A DNA stretch of 64,000 nt from Ilumatobacteraceae bacterium (GTDB lineage Bacteria > Actinomycetota > Acidimicrobiia > Acidimicrobiales > Ilumatobacteraceae). The notes beneath the pieces were generated by a model that was given only the letters and a program-made list of their open reading frames with translations, did no database searches and was not told the origin of the DNA. Position numbers and translations under genes: made by a program. Shown here in pieces: positions 18,337 to 27,200 of the stretch. Positions within the stretch are counted from its first letter, which is position 1. Every line of letters begins with the position of its first letter. The stretch lies in assembly GCA_040402055.1 (NCBI GenBank), contig JBBANJ010000001.1, positions 9,838-73,837 of the forward strand. The letters are read 5' to 3'.

Positions 18337-20008
18337 CCTCCACTGCAGCAACGACTGCTAATTGCAATGCCTCATGTTGCGAGACATTTGCAAATCGGTC
18401 ACACGGCACCTCAATGAGGCGAGTACCACCCCTCTGCAATGTGGCCTCGAGATCTTTCACAGATGTGACGCGTTCGAAAGAAATCCCATGTGTGGCTGCG
18501 AGGTGTTCAAAAGATGCTCCATGTGGAGTTCCATACAGAAGTTCAAAATCTGAGTTACTGACTAGTTGGGCCTGAGGAAGAAAAGAGAAAATACTTCCGC
18601 CATCGTTGTTGGTAACAACGATGGTCAAATCAACATCGCGACGACTCAACGCCCACAAACCATTTGAATCGTGGAGACATGCGACATCGCCAATCAGGAC
18701 AGTGACACGCGCTTTTGTAGACAAAGCAACACCAACTGCAGTACTGATGACACCGTCAATGCCGTTAGTGCCCCGGTTTGAATGAACCGGCACTCCAGAT
18801 GTCGAAGTTCCGAACCACTCAACGTCACGTATCGGCATAGACGAAGAAACAACCAAATGCGACCCAACGGTCATTGCTGCCGTGACTGTTCTAGCGATTG
18901 ATGGCTCGCTGAAGTTCTTAGATGTCCAATCAGTAATCGCTTTCTGCATCGCTTCTTCTGCAGCTGCCCATTCGTGAATCCATGTCTTGTCACACGAAGC
19001 TGTCGACGAAGCAAGAATTCGCGTCGTGGTAGCGACATCTCCAACGACAGTGAACTCAACCGCGTGATCAGGGTCAGAGACCATCTCTGATGAACGCAGC
19101 TGTAGAACACGGCATTCGTTCTTCTTCACCCACTGAGCGAGGACTTTTGAAGCAGGTGGGGCTCCAATTCGAATGACAACTTCCGGCACATGAGAAGTGG
19201 CGAATATTTCAGATCGCAAAATTGCATCAAAGCCGATGACAACAGAATCGTTCTGTTCACGAACTCCGCTGACAGCATCCGCAAAGATTGGCCAACCGAG
19301 CGATTCAGACAACGACAGCACATCACGACTTGCACCACGTCCTGCAATGATGACTCCACGTCGGCCACTGATCACCTTGACAATTTCCGACATGTCTTGA
19401 TTCTCAGATGATCCGAGACGAATGACGTCTGACCACTTCTTTTCTCGAGGCGACGGCATATCCACAACTTCCCCGGTCAATGGCTCGCGAAACGGAAGAT
19501 TCAGATGCACAGGTCCGGGTCGAACACCAACGGCTGCTTGCACAGTGCGAGCAGCCAGAGAACGCCACGTAGATGCAGCGCCACGTGACGGAACACCCGG
19601 GTCATGAAACCAACGAGTTGCTGTACCGAACAGATTCGTCTGGTCAATCGTTTGGGCCGCTCCAACGTCGCGCAATTCAGGCGGACGATCAGCTGTGCAA
19701 ACAATCATGGGCACATCACTCTGATGAGCCTCCACAACCGCCCCATGAAAATGAGTAGCTGCGGTCCCGGAGGTACAGAGCAATACTGCGGGAAAACCAG
19801 AGGCCGATCCGATTCCCAGTGCAGCAAAAGAAGCGCTCCGCTCATCGTGAAATACGTGAACTTCGATGGCTTCATTCTGAGCCAAAGCGACTGCAAGCGG
19901 AGTGCTTCGACTGCCAGGAGCAACCACAGCATGTCGGACCCCCTGTCGGGTCCATTCGTCGACCAATGTTGCGCAAAATGTGGCTGCAGTGTCGCCAGAA
20001 GAACTCAT
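18326..20008 (-). CDS. menD: SEPHCHC synthase (2-succinyl-5-enolpyruvyl-6-hydroxy-3-cyclohexene-1-carboxylate synthase)
   Basis: ThDP enzyme pattern (GSRSTPLAVAL, GIDGVIS, VTNNDGGSIFSFLP). I chose the ATG at 20008 (MSSSGDTAATF...). The longer ORF to 20152 overlaps the dsbA-like gene. Confidence 0.85.
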   Translation of the reverse strand: MSSSGDTAATFCATLVDEWTRQGVRHAVVAPGSRSTPLAVALAQNEAIEVHVFHDERSASFAALGIGSASGFPAVLLCTSGTAATHFHGAVVEAHQSDVPMIVCTADRPPELRDVGAAQTIDQTNLFGTATRWFHDPGVPSRGAASTWRSLAARTVQAAVGVRPGPVHLNLPFREPLTGEVVDMPSPREKKWSDVIRLGSSENQDMSEIVKVISGRRGVIIAGRGASRDVLSLSESLGWPIFADAVSGVREQNDSVVIGFDAILRSEIFATSHVPEVVIRIGAPPASKVLAQWVKKNECRVLQLRSSEMVSDPDHAVEFTVVGDVATTTRILASSTASCDKTWIHEWAAAEEAMQKAITDWTSKNFSEPSIARTVTAAMTVGSHLVVSSSMPIRDVEWFGTSTSGVPVHSNRGTNGIDGVISTAVGVALSTKARVTVLIGDVACLHDSNGLWALSRRDVDLTIVVTNNDGGSIFSFLPQAQLVSNSDFELLYGTPHGASFEHLAATHGISFERVTSVKDLEATLQRGGTRLIEVPCDRFANVSQHEALQLAVVAAVEATA

Positions 20009-20027
20009 GGCACCTATCGTGTCACCT

Positions 20028-20675
20028 ATGCGTGTAGAAATCTGGTCCGACGTCGTATGCCCTTGGTGCTTCATAGGAAAGCGTCGGTTTGACAACGCCA
20101 TAGAAGTCCTCAGACAGAAGGGCATTACCGAACCTATAGAGGTCGTCTTCAAGGCCTATCAACTCGACCCATCAGCCCCTGTCGGCCAGCCAACCCCCGT
20201 CGTTGAGGGGTATGCCAAAAAGTTTGGTGGGCGCGAACGTGCCGAACAAATTCTGAACCACGTCACCAATGTCGCCGCAGCGGACAACATCGAGTTCAAC
20301 ATGGACATAGCACTACGCGCCAACACCATTCTTGCTCACAGGGCATTGCATTGGGTTCTCGAACATCATGGCGCAGTCACTCAAGCAGTCTTTAAGGAAA
20401 GACTCATGAAGGCGTATTTCACCGATGGGCTGAATGTTGGCGATGCAGATGTTGTTGCTCATTGCGCCACGGAAGTCGGTCTAGATGGTGCGGCAGTTCG
20501 AGCATGGCTTGATTCAGACGAGGGTTACGACGCCGTGCAAGAAGACCTTCAGGGTGCAGCGATGCGTGAAATAACCGCTGTGCCTTCTTTTGTTATTGAT
20601 GATCGCTTTCTCATTCCTGGCGCCCAGGACGTCGATGTGTTTGTGAACGTATTGGAGAGGGCGTTGACCCGTTGA
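20028..20675 (+). CDS. DsbA-family (FrnE-like) thiol:disulfide oxidoreductase, no signal peptide
   Basis: N-terminus MRVEIWSDVVCPWCFIGKRRF carries a CPWC active site. An alternative ATG lies at 20007. The stop overlaps the TTG start of menH. Confidence 0.8.
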   Translation: MRVEIWSDVVCPWCFIGKRRFDNAIEVLRQKGITEPIEVVFKAYQLDPSAPVGQPTPVVEGYAKKFGGRERAEQILNHVTNVAAADNIEFNMDIALRANTILAHRALHWVLEHHGAVTQAVFKERLMKAYFTDGLNVGDADVVAHCATEVGLDGAAVRAWLDSDEGYDAVQEDLQGAAMREITAVPSFVIDDRFLIPGAQDVDVFVNVLERALTR

Positions 20676-21397
20676 TCTCTCCCCACGTCACGTTCCTTCA
20701 TGGCTTTACCCAAACGGGCAACTCTTGGTCTCCTGTTTTGGAACTGATGCAGACCGAATTTACATCACAATGTCTTGATGCTCCTGGCCACGGTACCAAT
20801 GTCGACGGTGTGCGTTCACTGCCGCAATGCGCTGACGACATAGCGGGCGCAATGCAGCCCGGAATCCTGATTGGTTATTCAATGGGTGCGCGAATGGCAC
20901 TTCACGTAGCTCTGCAGCACCCCAAGATGGTTTCCCAGTTAGTTCTCATCAGTGGCACTCCCGGATTGAAAACAGAGTCCGAGCGAATGGCTCGCCATCA
21001 AAGCGACAATGAACTTGCAGATCGCATTGAGAAGGTTGGTACACCAGCATTTATTGATGAATGGCTTGCACTACCTATTTTTTCCGGATTATCCAAAGAG
21101 ATGGATCAACGGAGTGACCGTCTTCGTAACTCCCCCACGGGACTTGCAGATTCACTGCGGAACGCCGGAACCGGTACACAAGATTCTCAGTGGGATCATT
21201 TACACCGTCTCACAATGCCGGTTCACCTAATCGTCGGACAAACAGACGCCAAGTTCGCTTCAATTGCAAATGAGATGAAACAACTTCTTCCATCATGCGA
21301 AATGACAGTTGTACCGAAAGTTGGCCACACCGTTCATCTTGAGGACCCAACAACTACCAGTCTGATGCTGGATTCAATAATTTTACGAAACGATTGA
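20672..21397 (+). CDS. menH: SHCHC synthase (alpha/beta hydrolase MenH)
   Basis: 241 aa with nucleophile elbow GYSMGARMAL and His in VGHTVHLEDP. It sits in men-gene context. Confidence 0.75.
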   Translation: MISPHVTFLHGFTQTGNSWSPVLELMQTEFTSQCLDAPGHGTNVDGVRSLPQCADDIAGAMQPGILIGYSMGARMALHVALQHPKMVSQLVLISGTPGLKTESERMARHQSDNELADRIEKVGTPAFIDEWLALPIFSGLSKEMDQRSDRLRNSPTGLADSLRNAGTGTQDSQWDHLHRLTMPVHLIVGQTDAKFASIANEMKQLLPSCEMTVVPKVGHTVHLEDPTTTSLMLDSIILRND

Positions 21398-22288
21398 AAG
21401 CGCAATTCCTGCGCCAAAAGTTATACCAAGCACCAATTGCGCACGACCGACATTGCCGAGAACAATAATCAGATCTTTCCCTTTTGCTCCTCGCGATAGG
21501 GCTTCAAGCGCTGGTCGAAGAACCACTATTCCTACCAGTCCAAACAGCGCGTAGGCGCCCAGCATTGCTGCTGTTGCACAGATGGAAATTGCAGCAAGGA
21601 CGACGAGAGCTGCGAAAAACTTACGAGTGTTTGCATCTCCCAACTTGACCGCAAGGGTGCGTTTTTCAGCAACGGTGTCTCCAGGAATATCTCGCAGATT
21701 ATTAATGACCAAAAGTGAACATGCGATGCATCCGACCGCAACGCTTGCAACGAGTCCCGCAAGAGTGAATTCTTCAGCCACAACAAATTGAGTTCCTGTT
21801 GTAGCCACCACTCCAAAAAAAATGAAGACGAACACTTCACCCCATCCTGCGTAGCCGTATGGTCGTGGGCCGCCTGTGTAAGTCCATGCGGCAATAATGG
21901 CCGCTGCCCCCACCAGCACCAACCAGAGTGATGTCATCAGAGCCAGCGCCAATCCGGCACACGCGGCAATGCCAAACATGAGAAATGCAGCCTGCTTCAC
22001 GTGAGAAGCAGTAGCAGCGCCGGACCCCACGAGCCGCAAAGGACCAACTCGAACTGCGTCCGTTCCTTTCACTCCGTCTGAATAGTCATTGGCGTAATTG
22101 ACTCCGATTTGCAGCGTGAGACTGACCAAACCTGCAAGTACGCCACGCCACCACACTGGACTTGGCGCGCCACTTGCGCACGCAATACCAACGAGGACTG
22201 GGACTATTGCTGCCGGCAATGTGCGTGGACGAGCACCAATGATCCATTTCTTCCATCCGAGAGTTGAGGGGTTAATTGGCGAAGTCAT
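21383..22288 (-). CDS. menA: 1,4-dihydroxy-2-naphthoate polyprenyltransferase
   Basis: UbiA-family polytopic membrane protein with NYANDYSDGVKGTD. The start is the ATG at 22288. Confidence 0.85.
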   Translation of the reverse strand: MTSPINPSTLGWKKWIIGARPRTLPAAIVPVLVGIACASGAPSPVWWRGVLAGLVSLTLQIGVNYANDYSDGVKGTDAVRVGPLRLVGSGAATASHVKQAAFLMFGIAACAGLALALMTSLWLVLVGAAAIIAAWTYTGGPRPYGYAGWGEVFVFIFFGVVATTGTQFVVAEEFTLAGLVASVAVGCIACSLLVINNLRDIPGDTVAEKRTLAVKLGDANTRKFFAALVVLAAISICATAAMLGAYALFGLVGIVVLRPALEALSRGAKGKDLIIVLGNVGRAQLVLGITFGAGIALSIVS

Positions 22289-22346
22289 GCCTCTAGTGTC
22301 GCACGAGTCGTACGCTAGATGCGTGAACGAGTTGGTATGTCTTGAC

Positions 22347-23441
22347 ATGGCAAACAGCCAGCTCTTCGTTGATCGCCTGTCGCGGGCTTGGGATAACGAC
22401 GACGCAATCTTCCCCCTCGACCAACGTCTCCCTCCTCAGGCACGCCAATACATTCTCGACGTGGTGAAGCCCACCATCATGGCTACGACCGAGGGTGACA
22501 CTCGCGTTGACGGTCAACCTGTCGAGCAAGGCGACGCCGTCGTTGTGGCAACCAGCGGCACTTCTGGAATTCCTAAGGCAGCCGTGTTGACCATGTCCGC
22601 AGTAGAAGCAAGCGCCCGTGCCACCACAGAACGCCTCAATGTCACGTTGCGTGATACTTGGCTTGCGTGCCTGCCTCCTTCTCATGTTGGAGGACTTTCT
22701 GTTATCACGCGCTCACTCATCATGGGTACGTCTCTCATTGCAGTTCCAAGTTTCTCGCCCGAATCATTTACGGATGCTGCCAAGAACGGCGCAACTCTCG
22801 TTTCGCTTGTGTCAACAGCGCTTCAAAGAATTGATCCCACATTGTTTCGGGCAATTGTTTTGGGCGGTTCACGCCAGTCGTCTCAGTTGCCAGCTAACTG
22901 CATAAACACGTATGGGCTCACAGAGACTGGTAGCGGAGTTGTTTACAACGGTAAAGCGCTTCGTGGTGTCGAGTTAGAAGTACGAGATTCCATTGTGTAT
23001 GTAAGGGCACCAATGCTGTTGCGTGCATACCGCGACGGTTCTGTGCCGCTAGACAGCGACGGATGGTTCAACACAAACGACAGAGGGTCCATATCGGAAC
23101 AGGGCGTACTCAGTATTGAAGGACGCGACGGCGATCTCATCATCACCGGTGGCGAGAATGTATGGCCAGAGGTCGTTGAAGATGCGTTACGAGATTTTCA
23201 TTCGGTCACTGACCTCTGCGTTGCTGGTGTTCCGGACCCCGAGTGGGGCCATGCGGTTCACGTATGGATTGTCACTACAGACACAACCAAGGTTTCACTT
23301 GACGCCCTACGTGGCCATGTCAAAAAGACACTGCCAGCGCATTTTGCCCCGCGGCAAGTACACGTTGTTTCTGAGATTCCAAGAACGTCACTCGGCAAAC
23401 CCCAGCGTTCGGTATTGGTCGAGGGACTACAAAAGTCTTAG
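22347..23441 (+). CDS. menE: o-succinylbenzoate--CoA ligase
   Basis: 364 aa from the ATG at 22347. It is a short adenylating enzyme (TSGTSGIPKAA, YGLTETGSG, GGENVWPEVVE) in men-gene context. Confidence 0.8.
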   Translation: MANSQLFVDRLSRAWDNDDAIFPLDQRLPPQARQYILDVVKPTIMATTEGDTRVDGQPVEQGDAVVVATSGTSGIPKAAVLTMSAVEASARATTERLNVTLRDTWLACLPPSHVGGLSVITRSLIMGTSLIAVPSFSPESFTDAAKNGATLVSLVSTALQRIDPTLFRAIVLGGSRQSSQLPANCINTYGLTETGSGVVYNGKALRGVELEVRDSIVYVRAPMLLRAYRDGSVPLDSDGWFNTNDRGSISEQGVLSIEGRDGDLIITGGENVWPEVVEDALRDFHSVTDLCVAGVPDPEWGHAVHVWIVTTDTTKVSLDALRGHVKKTLPAHFAPRQVHVVSEIPRTSLGKPQRSVLVEGLQKS

Positions 23442-24187
23442 CCAGCGTTCGAGGTGCTTAAACCAGCACCACCATCAATGACATATGTTTCGCCTGTAAT
23501 CCAACTCGCAGAATCTGATGCAAGGAACGTTGCCAAGTTCGCGATGTCTTCCGGTTCACCAAGACGCTTCAACGGAACAGTCGCTGCAATTTTGTCTCCG
23601 AAGTTTTCCACCAAGAAGCCTGCGAAATCTGTCTTCACTAAACCGGGCGCAATTCCTATCACCCGGTTCGGGCCAATTTCGCTGGCAAGCTGGCGTGTGA
23701 AGTGAATCAATGCAGCTTTCGTCAAGTTGTACACACCTAGACCGCCACCATCTGTGCGAATTCCACCAACAGAGGCAATGTTGATGATGACACCTGGGTT
23801 CTCTTTGAACGACGCTTCGTATGCCGCCTGCGTCCACTGCAGTGGGGCTTTCAAGTTGATCTGAAACGTCTTGTCGTAACGACCTTCATCAACCCCCATT
23901 GTCGGTCCGTAATACGGGTTCGTTGCGGCATTGTTCACCAAAATGTCGAGACGTCCGAACTTGGCAATCGTTTCGCGCACAACATCAGTGGCAGCCGTTG
24001 GATCTCCGACATTTGCAGGCCGAATTGCGACTTCGCCTTCAATACCATCCATCGCCGATTCATCAATTTTTCGAGACACCATCATGACGCTTGCGCCAGA
24101 TTCTGCAAATGACTTAGCTATTGCCAAACCAATTCCACGTGATGCACCCGTAACGAGTGCGACTTTGCCTTTTAATGAAACATCCAT
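23438..24187 (-). CDS. short-chain dehydrogenase/reductase (FabG-like)
   Basis: 249 aa with TGASRGIG, NNAA and YNLTKAA (YxxxK). Confidence 0.85.
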   Translation of the reverse strand: MDVSLKGKVALVTGASRGIGLAIAKSFAESGASVMMVSRKIDESAMDGIEGEVAIRPANVGDPTAATDVVRETIAKFGRLDILVNNAATNPYYGPTMGVDEGRYDKTFQINLKAPLQWTQAAYEASFKENPGVIINIASVGGIRTDGGGLGVYNLTKAALIHFTRQLASEIGPNRVIGIAPGLVKTDFAGFLVENFGDKIAATVPLKRLGEPEDIANLATFLASDSASWITGETYVIDGGAGLSTSNAG

Positions 24188-24221
24188 TTCGCCAAGTTAC
24201 AGAACTTGACGGGCCAAGGCG

Positions 24222-25505
24222 TTACTCAGTTCCAATTGTGGGCATGAGACGAACTTCGGTGATGCGACGACCTTCGAGAGCTTCGACGACAAAACGCCAT
24301 CCCTCAATCTCGAGAGTCTCTCCCACTACCGGTACATGCTCTAGGACGCCGAATAAGTAGCCACCAACAGTGTCGAACTCCTTATCAGGGAGATCCACAT
24401 GGAAATGTTCGTTGAAATCCTCAATGGACATGCCCGCATCAACCAACGATTCCCCATTCGGCAAATTACGCACCTCTGGGTCTTCATCGTCATGCTCATC
24501 CACAATTTCACCAACTAATTCCTCGAGGCAATCTTCAAGAGTTACTAGCCCGGTGATACTGCCGTACTCATCAGCCACGATGGCCATATGAAAGTGGTCG
24601 CGTTGCATTTCACGCATCAATTTGGCTACTGGCTTATTTTCTGGAATCACCACTGCAGTGCGAACAAGGGAATCGACAGGTTCAGCACCAAGTCCAGCGC
24701 GAATTGCCTTCATGATGTCCTTGGCATACACAATTCCTAGAACATCTTCGTTGTCATCTTCATCATTGCGCATCACTGGCAAGCGACTCACACCGTGCTC
24801 AAAAGCTTCGTCGAGAGCCATGTCCAATGTCTCACCAGAATCAACACTGACGATGTCAGGGCGTGGTCGCATGATTTCGCGAACAATCGTGTCGCCGAAT
24901 TCGATAATTGATTCAATCAACGCACGTTCTTCATGTTCGATCACTTCATCTTCGACAGCAGCTTCAACCATTCCAAGGAATTCTTGTTCTCCAATGAAAG
25001 GGCCTTGCTCGAGACCCTTACCCTTCACCACAATGTTCGTGAGCCCAATGAGAGCCTGTGAGATTTTTGTCAAAGGATAAAAGCCGACCAGTAAAGAAAT
25101 AAAACGGGACGTCGACAAAGCCGCCCTATCGGAGTGCAAAATTGCATACGTCTTAGGTACTGCTTCTGCAAACACAAAGAAAACAACTACGTTCAATAGA
25201 ACTCCGATTGCAACTCCGGCAGGTCCAAACAAGCGACCAGCTACAACTCCTGTCAAGGTTGCCTGCACTGTCTGGCACACATTTACTGACAGCAAGAGCG
25301 GATTCACCCATCGTTCAGGATGAGTAACCAAAGCCAAAAGTGCGGCACCACCACGTGCCCCTGAATCCGCCAACGCTTGCGCCTTTGGCTTTGACACTCG
25401 TGAGAGTCCCATCTCCGCAATTGAGAGAACTATCAAGCACACCAAGAGAATGAGAATGCCAACCAATATCCACCAATCAGCAGTGGTTGGAGAAGTTGCG
25501 ATCAT
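24222..25505 (-). CDS. CNNM/CorC-type membrane protein (DUF21 + CBS pair + CorC_HlyC)
   Basis: It has an N-terminal 4-TM DUF21 domain, tandem CBS domains and a C-terminal transporter-associated domain. The ATG at 25505 overlaps the ybeY stop (ATGA). Confidence 0.85.
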   Translation of the reverse strand: MIATSPTTADWWILVGILILLVCLIVLSIAEMGLSRVSKPKAQALADSGARGGAALLALVTHPERWVNPLLLSVNVCQTVQATLTGVVAGRLFGPAGVAIGVLLNVVVFFVFAEAVPKTYAILHSDRAALSTSRFISLLVGFYPLTKISQALIGLTNIVVKGKGLEQGPFIGEQEFLGMVEAAVEDEVIEHEERALIESIIEFGDTIVREIMRPRPDIVSVDSGETLDMALDEAFEHGVSRLPVMRNDEDDNEDVLGIVYAKDIMKAIRAGLGAEPVDSLVRTAVVIPENKPVAKLMREMQRDHFHMAIVADEYGSITGLVTLEDCLEELVGEIVDEHDDEDPEVRNLPNGESLVDAGMSIEDFNEHFHVDLPDKEFDTVGGYLFGVLEHVPVVGETLEIEGWRFVVEALEGRRITEVRLMPTIGTE

Positions 25506-26095
25506 TCGTCTTGTTCCTGTCTGAATTCGACAGGCGCTGGACCTGCCCAATGATGCGTGGTCAAGATTGCCAACTCTCGAGCACGCATGACTGTTTTAGT
25601 TTCTTCGTCGTGATGATCAAAACCAAGCACGTGCAAAATCCCATGAACCAAAAGTAATGCAACTTCATCATCAAAATTTCCCGCGTGAGTAGATGCTTGA
25701 CGCTCAGCAACAATGGGACAAAGAATGACATCACCTAACAGAGTAGGCACATCATCGTTATCAGGGTGAGGACGTGCAGGACCTCGCGTGAGAGCACCTG
25801 GGCCCTGCTGTTCAATCATGTCAGCGGCATCTAAGGGAAATGCAAGAACATCAGTCGGTCCCCCTTTGCCCATATGTTCGCTATTCAGATCTGCCATGGT
25901 TGCTTCATCCACGAAGAACACGGATAACTCACAGGCTCCATGAACCCCTTCATGCAGCAACGCTGCAATTGCAAGATCTCGCCAACGCGGCAAATCGATA
26001 ACGCTTCCAGATTGTTCGTCGGAGCAAAACACTTCAGGAACACCGTCACCACCAGCACGACGAGGCGAATGAATACGTGGACGAGACTCAGTCAT
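25502..26095 (-). CDS. ybeY: rRNA maturation endoribonuclease YbeY
   Basis: Zinc motif HGILHVLGFDH and TDVLAFPLD. The start is uncertain: ATG at 26095, or a later GTG near 26032. Confidence 0.85.
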   Translation of the reverse strand: MTESRPRIHSPRRAGGDGVPEVFCSDEQSGSVIDLPRWRDLAIAALLHEGVHGACELSVFFVDEATMADLNSEHMGKGGPTDVLAFPLDAADMIEQQGPGALTRGPARPHPDNDDVPTLLGDVILCPIVAERQASTHAGNFDDEVALLLVHGILHVLGFDHHDEETKTVMRARELAILTTHHWAGPAPVEFRQEQDE

Positions 26096-27083
26096 CACGG
26101 ACTGCTTTACGTGCTGAATTTCTTCGCGCTTCAGCATTTGTAAAACGCTCATATGCGGCAACAATGTCCGCAACAATGCGATGACGCACAACATCGGAAC
26201 CGTCTAGATATACAAACGCCAAAGAATCAATATGTCCCAGCTTTTTTTCGAGGCCAACTAGGCCACTTCGCCCATCAGGAACATCTATCTGCGATACGTC
26301 GCCCGTAATAACAACCTTCGACCCAAAGCCAACGCGAGTCAACAACATCTTCATTTGTTCAGGAGTCGTGTTCTGTGCTTCGTCAAGAATGATGAACGAG
26401 TTGTTCAATGTTCGTCCACGCATGAATGCGAGTGGGGCAACTTCAATCGTTTGACGCTCAATCAACTTGACTGCTGCTTCAGGGTCCATCATGTCGTACA
26501 GAGCGTCGTACAGCGGTCGAAGATACGGATCAATTTTTGCCATGAGGTCACCTGGCAAGAAGCCAAGACGTTCACCTGCCTCAACAGCCGGTCTCGTGAG
26601 AACAATGCGCTGAACTTGGCGGGCATGAAGAGCCTGCACAGCCATCGCAACGGCAAGCCAACTCTTACCCGTACCGGCCGGTCCCACTCCGAACGTGATG
26701 GTGTTTTCCCGAATTGCATCGACATATCTTTTTTGACCAGCGGTCTTAGGGCGAACCATACGGCCCCGCGAGCCCTTCAAGATGTCGTCAGTCAACACAC
26801 TGCTCGGACGCTGTTCAGCGCGCACCATGACGATGCTTCGATCCATTACTGATTGGTCAAGACGTTCGCCACTTTGGAGCAGAAGAACCATCTCTTCGAA
26901 CAGACGACCCACTTGGTGCGCCCTCGGCCCCGAACAGCCAATCTCATTGCCCCTCACCACAACAGCAACATCAGGAAAGGCATCTTCAACTCGGCGCAGA
27001 AGTTCATCGCGTTGTCCGAGCAGTTCTGCCATGAGATGAGCGCCTGGTACAACGACCGTGACGGTGGGAGCAACGGTGGTCAT
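26088..27083 (-). CDS. phoH: PhoH-like ATPase
   Basis: 331 aa with Walker A GPAGTGKSWLAV and ILDEAQN. Confidence 0.9.
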   Translation of the reverse strand: MTTVAPTVTVVVPGAHLMAELLGQRDELLRRVEDAFPDVAVVVRGNEIGCSGPRAHQVGRLFEEMVLLLQSGERLDQSVMDRSIVMVRAEQRPSSVLTDDILKGSRGRMVRPKTAGQKRYVDAIRENTITFGVGPAGTGKSWLAVAMAVQALHARQVQRIVLTRPAVEAGERLGFLPGDLMAKIDPYLRPLYDALYDMMDPEAAVKLIERQTIEVAPLAFMRGRTLNNSFIILDEAQNTTPEQMKMLLTRVGFGSKVVITGDVSQIDVPDGRSGLVGLEKKLGHIDSLAFVYLDGSDVVRHRIVADIVAAYERFTNAEARRNSARKAVRDD

Positions 27084-27200
27084 GTGAGTTCAGACTATCT
27101 TTCTGACACTCAGATACAGGCTCCCCTTCCATGTACGCCACTCGTAGTACCGTCTTTTGGGTTCGATTGGGCGGTCACCACATGCAGTATTCGAGACAAA

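Noticed and set aside
27140-27180. tRNA-like T-loop string GGGTTCGATTGGG
   Set aside because: The flanks do not pair (TTGGG/GGGCG), and no acceptor or anticodon arms can be drawn. It appears to be a chance match.
26853-27200. N-terminal extension of the GGDEF-EAL ORF (873-aa version)
   Set aside because: The first 77 codons overlap phoH on the opposite strand. The region between 27084 and about 27200 is not hydrophobic or domain-like. The protein most plausibly starts just before its first TM helix.
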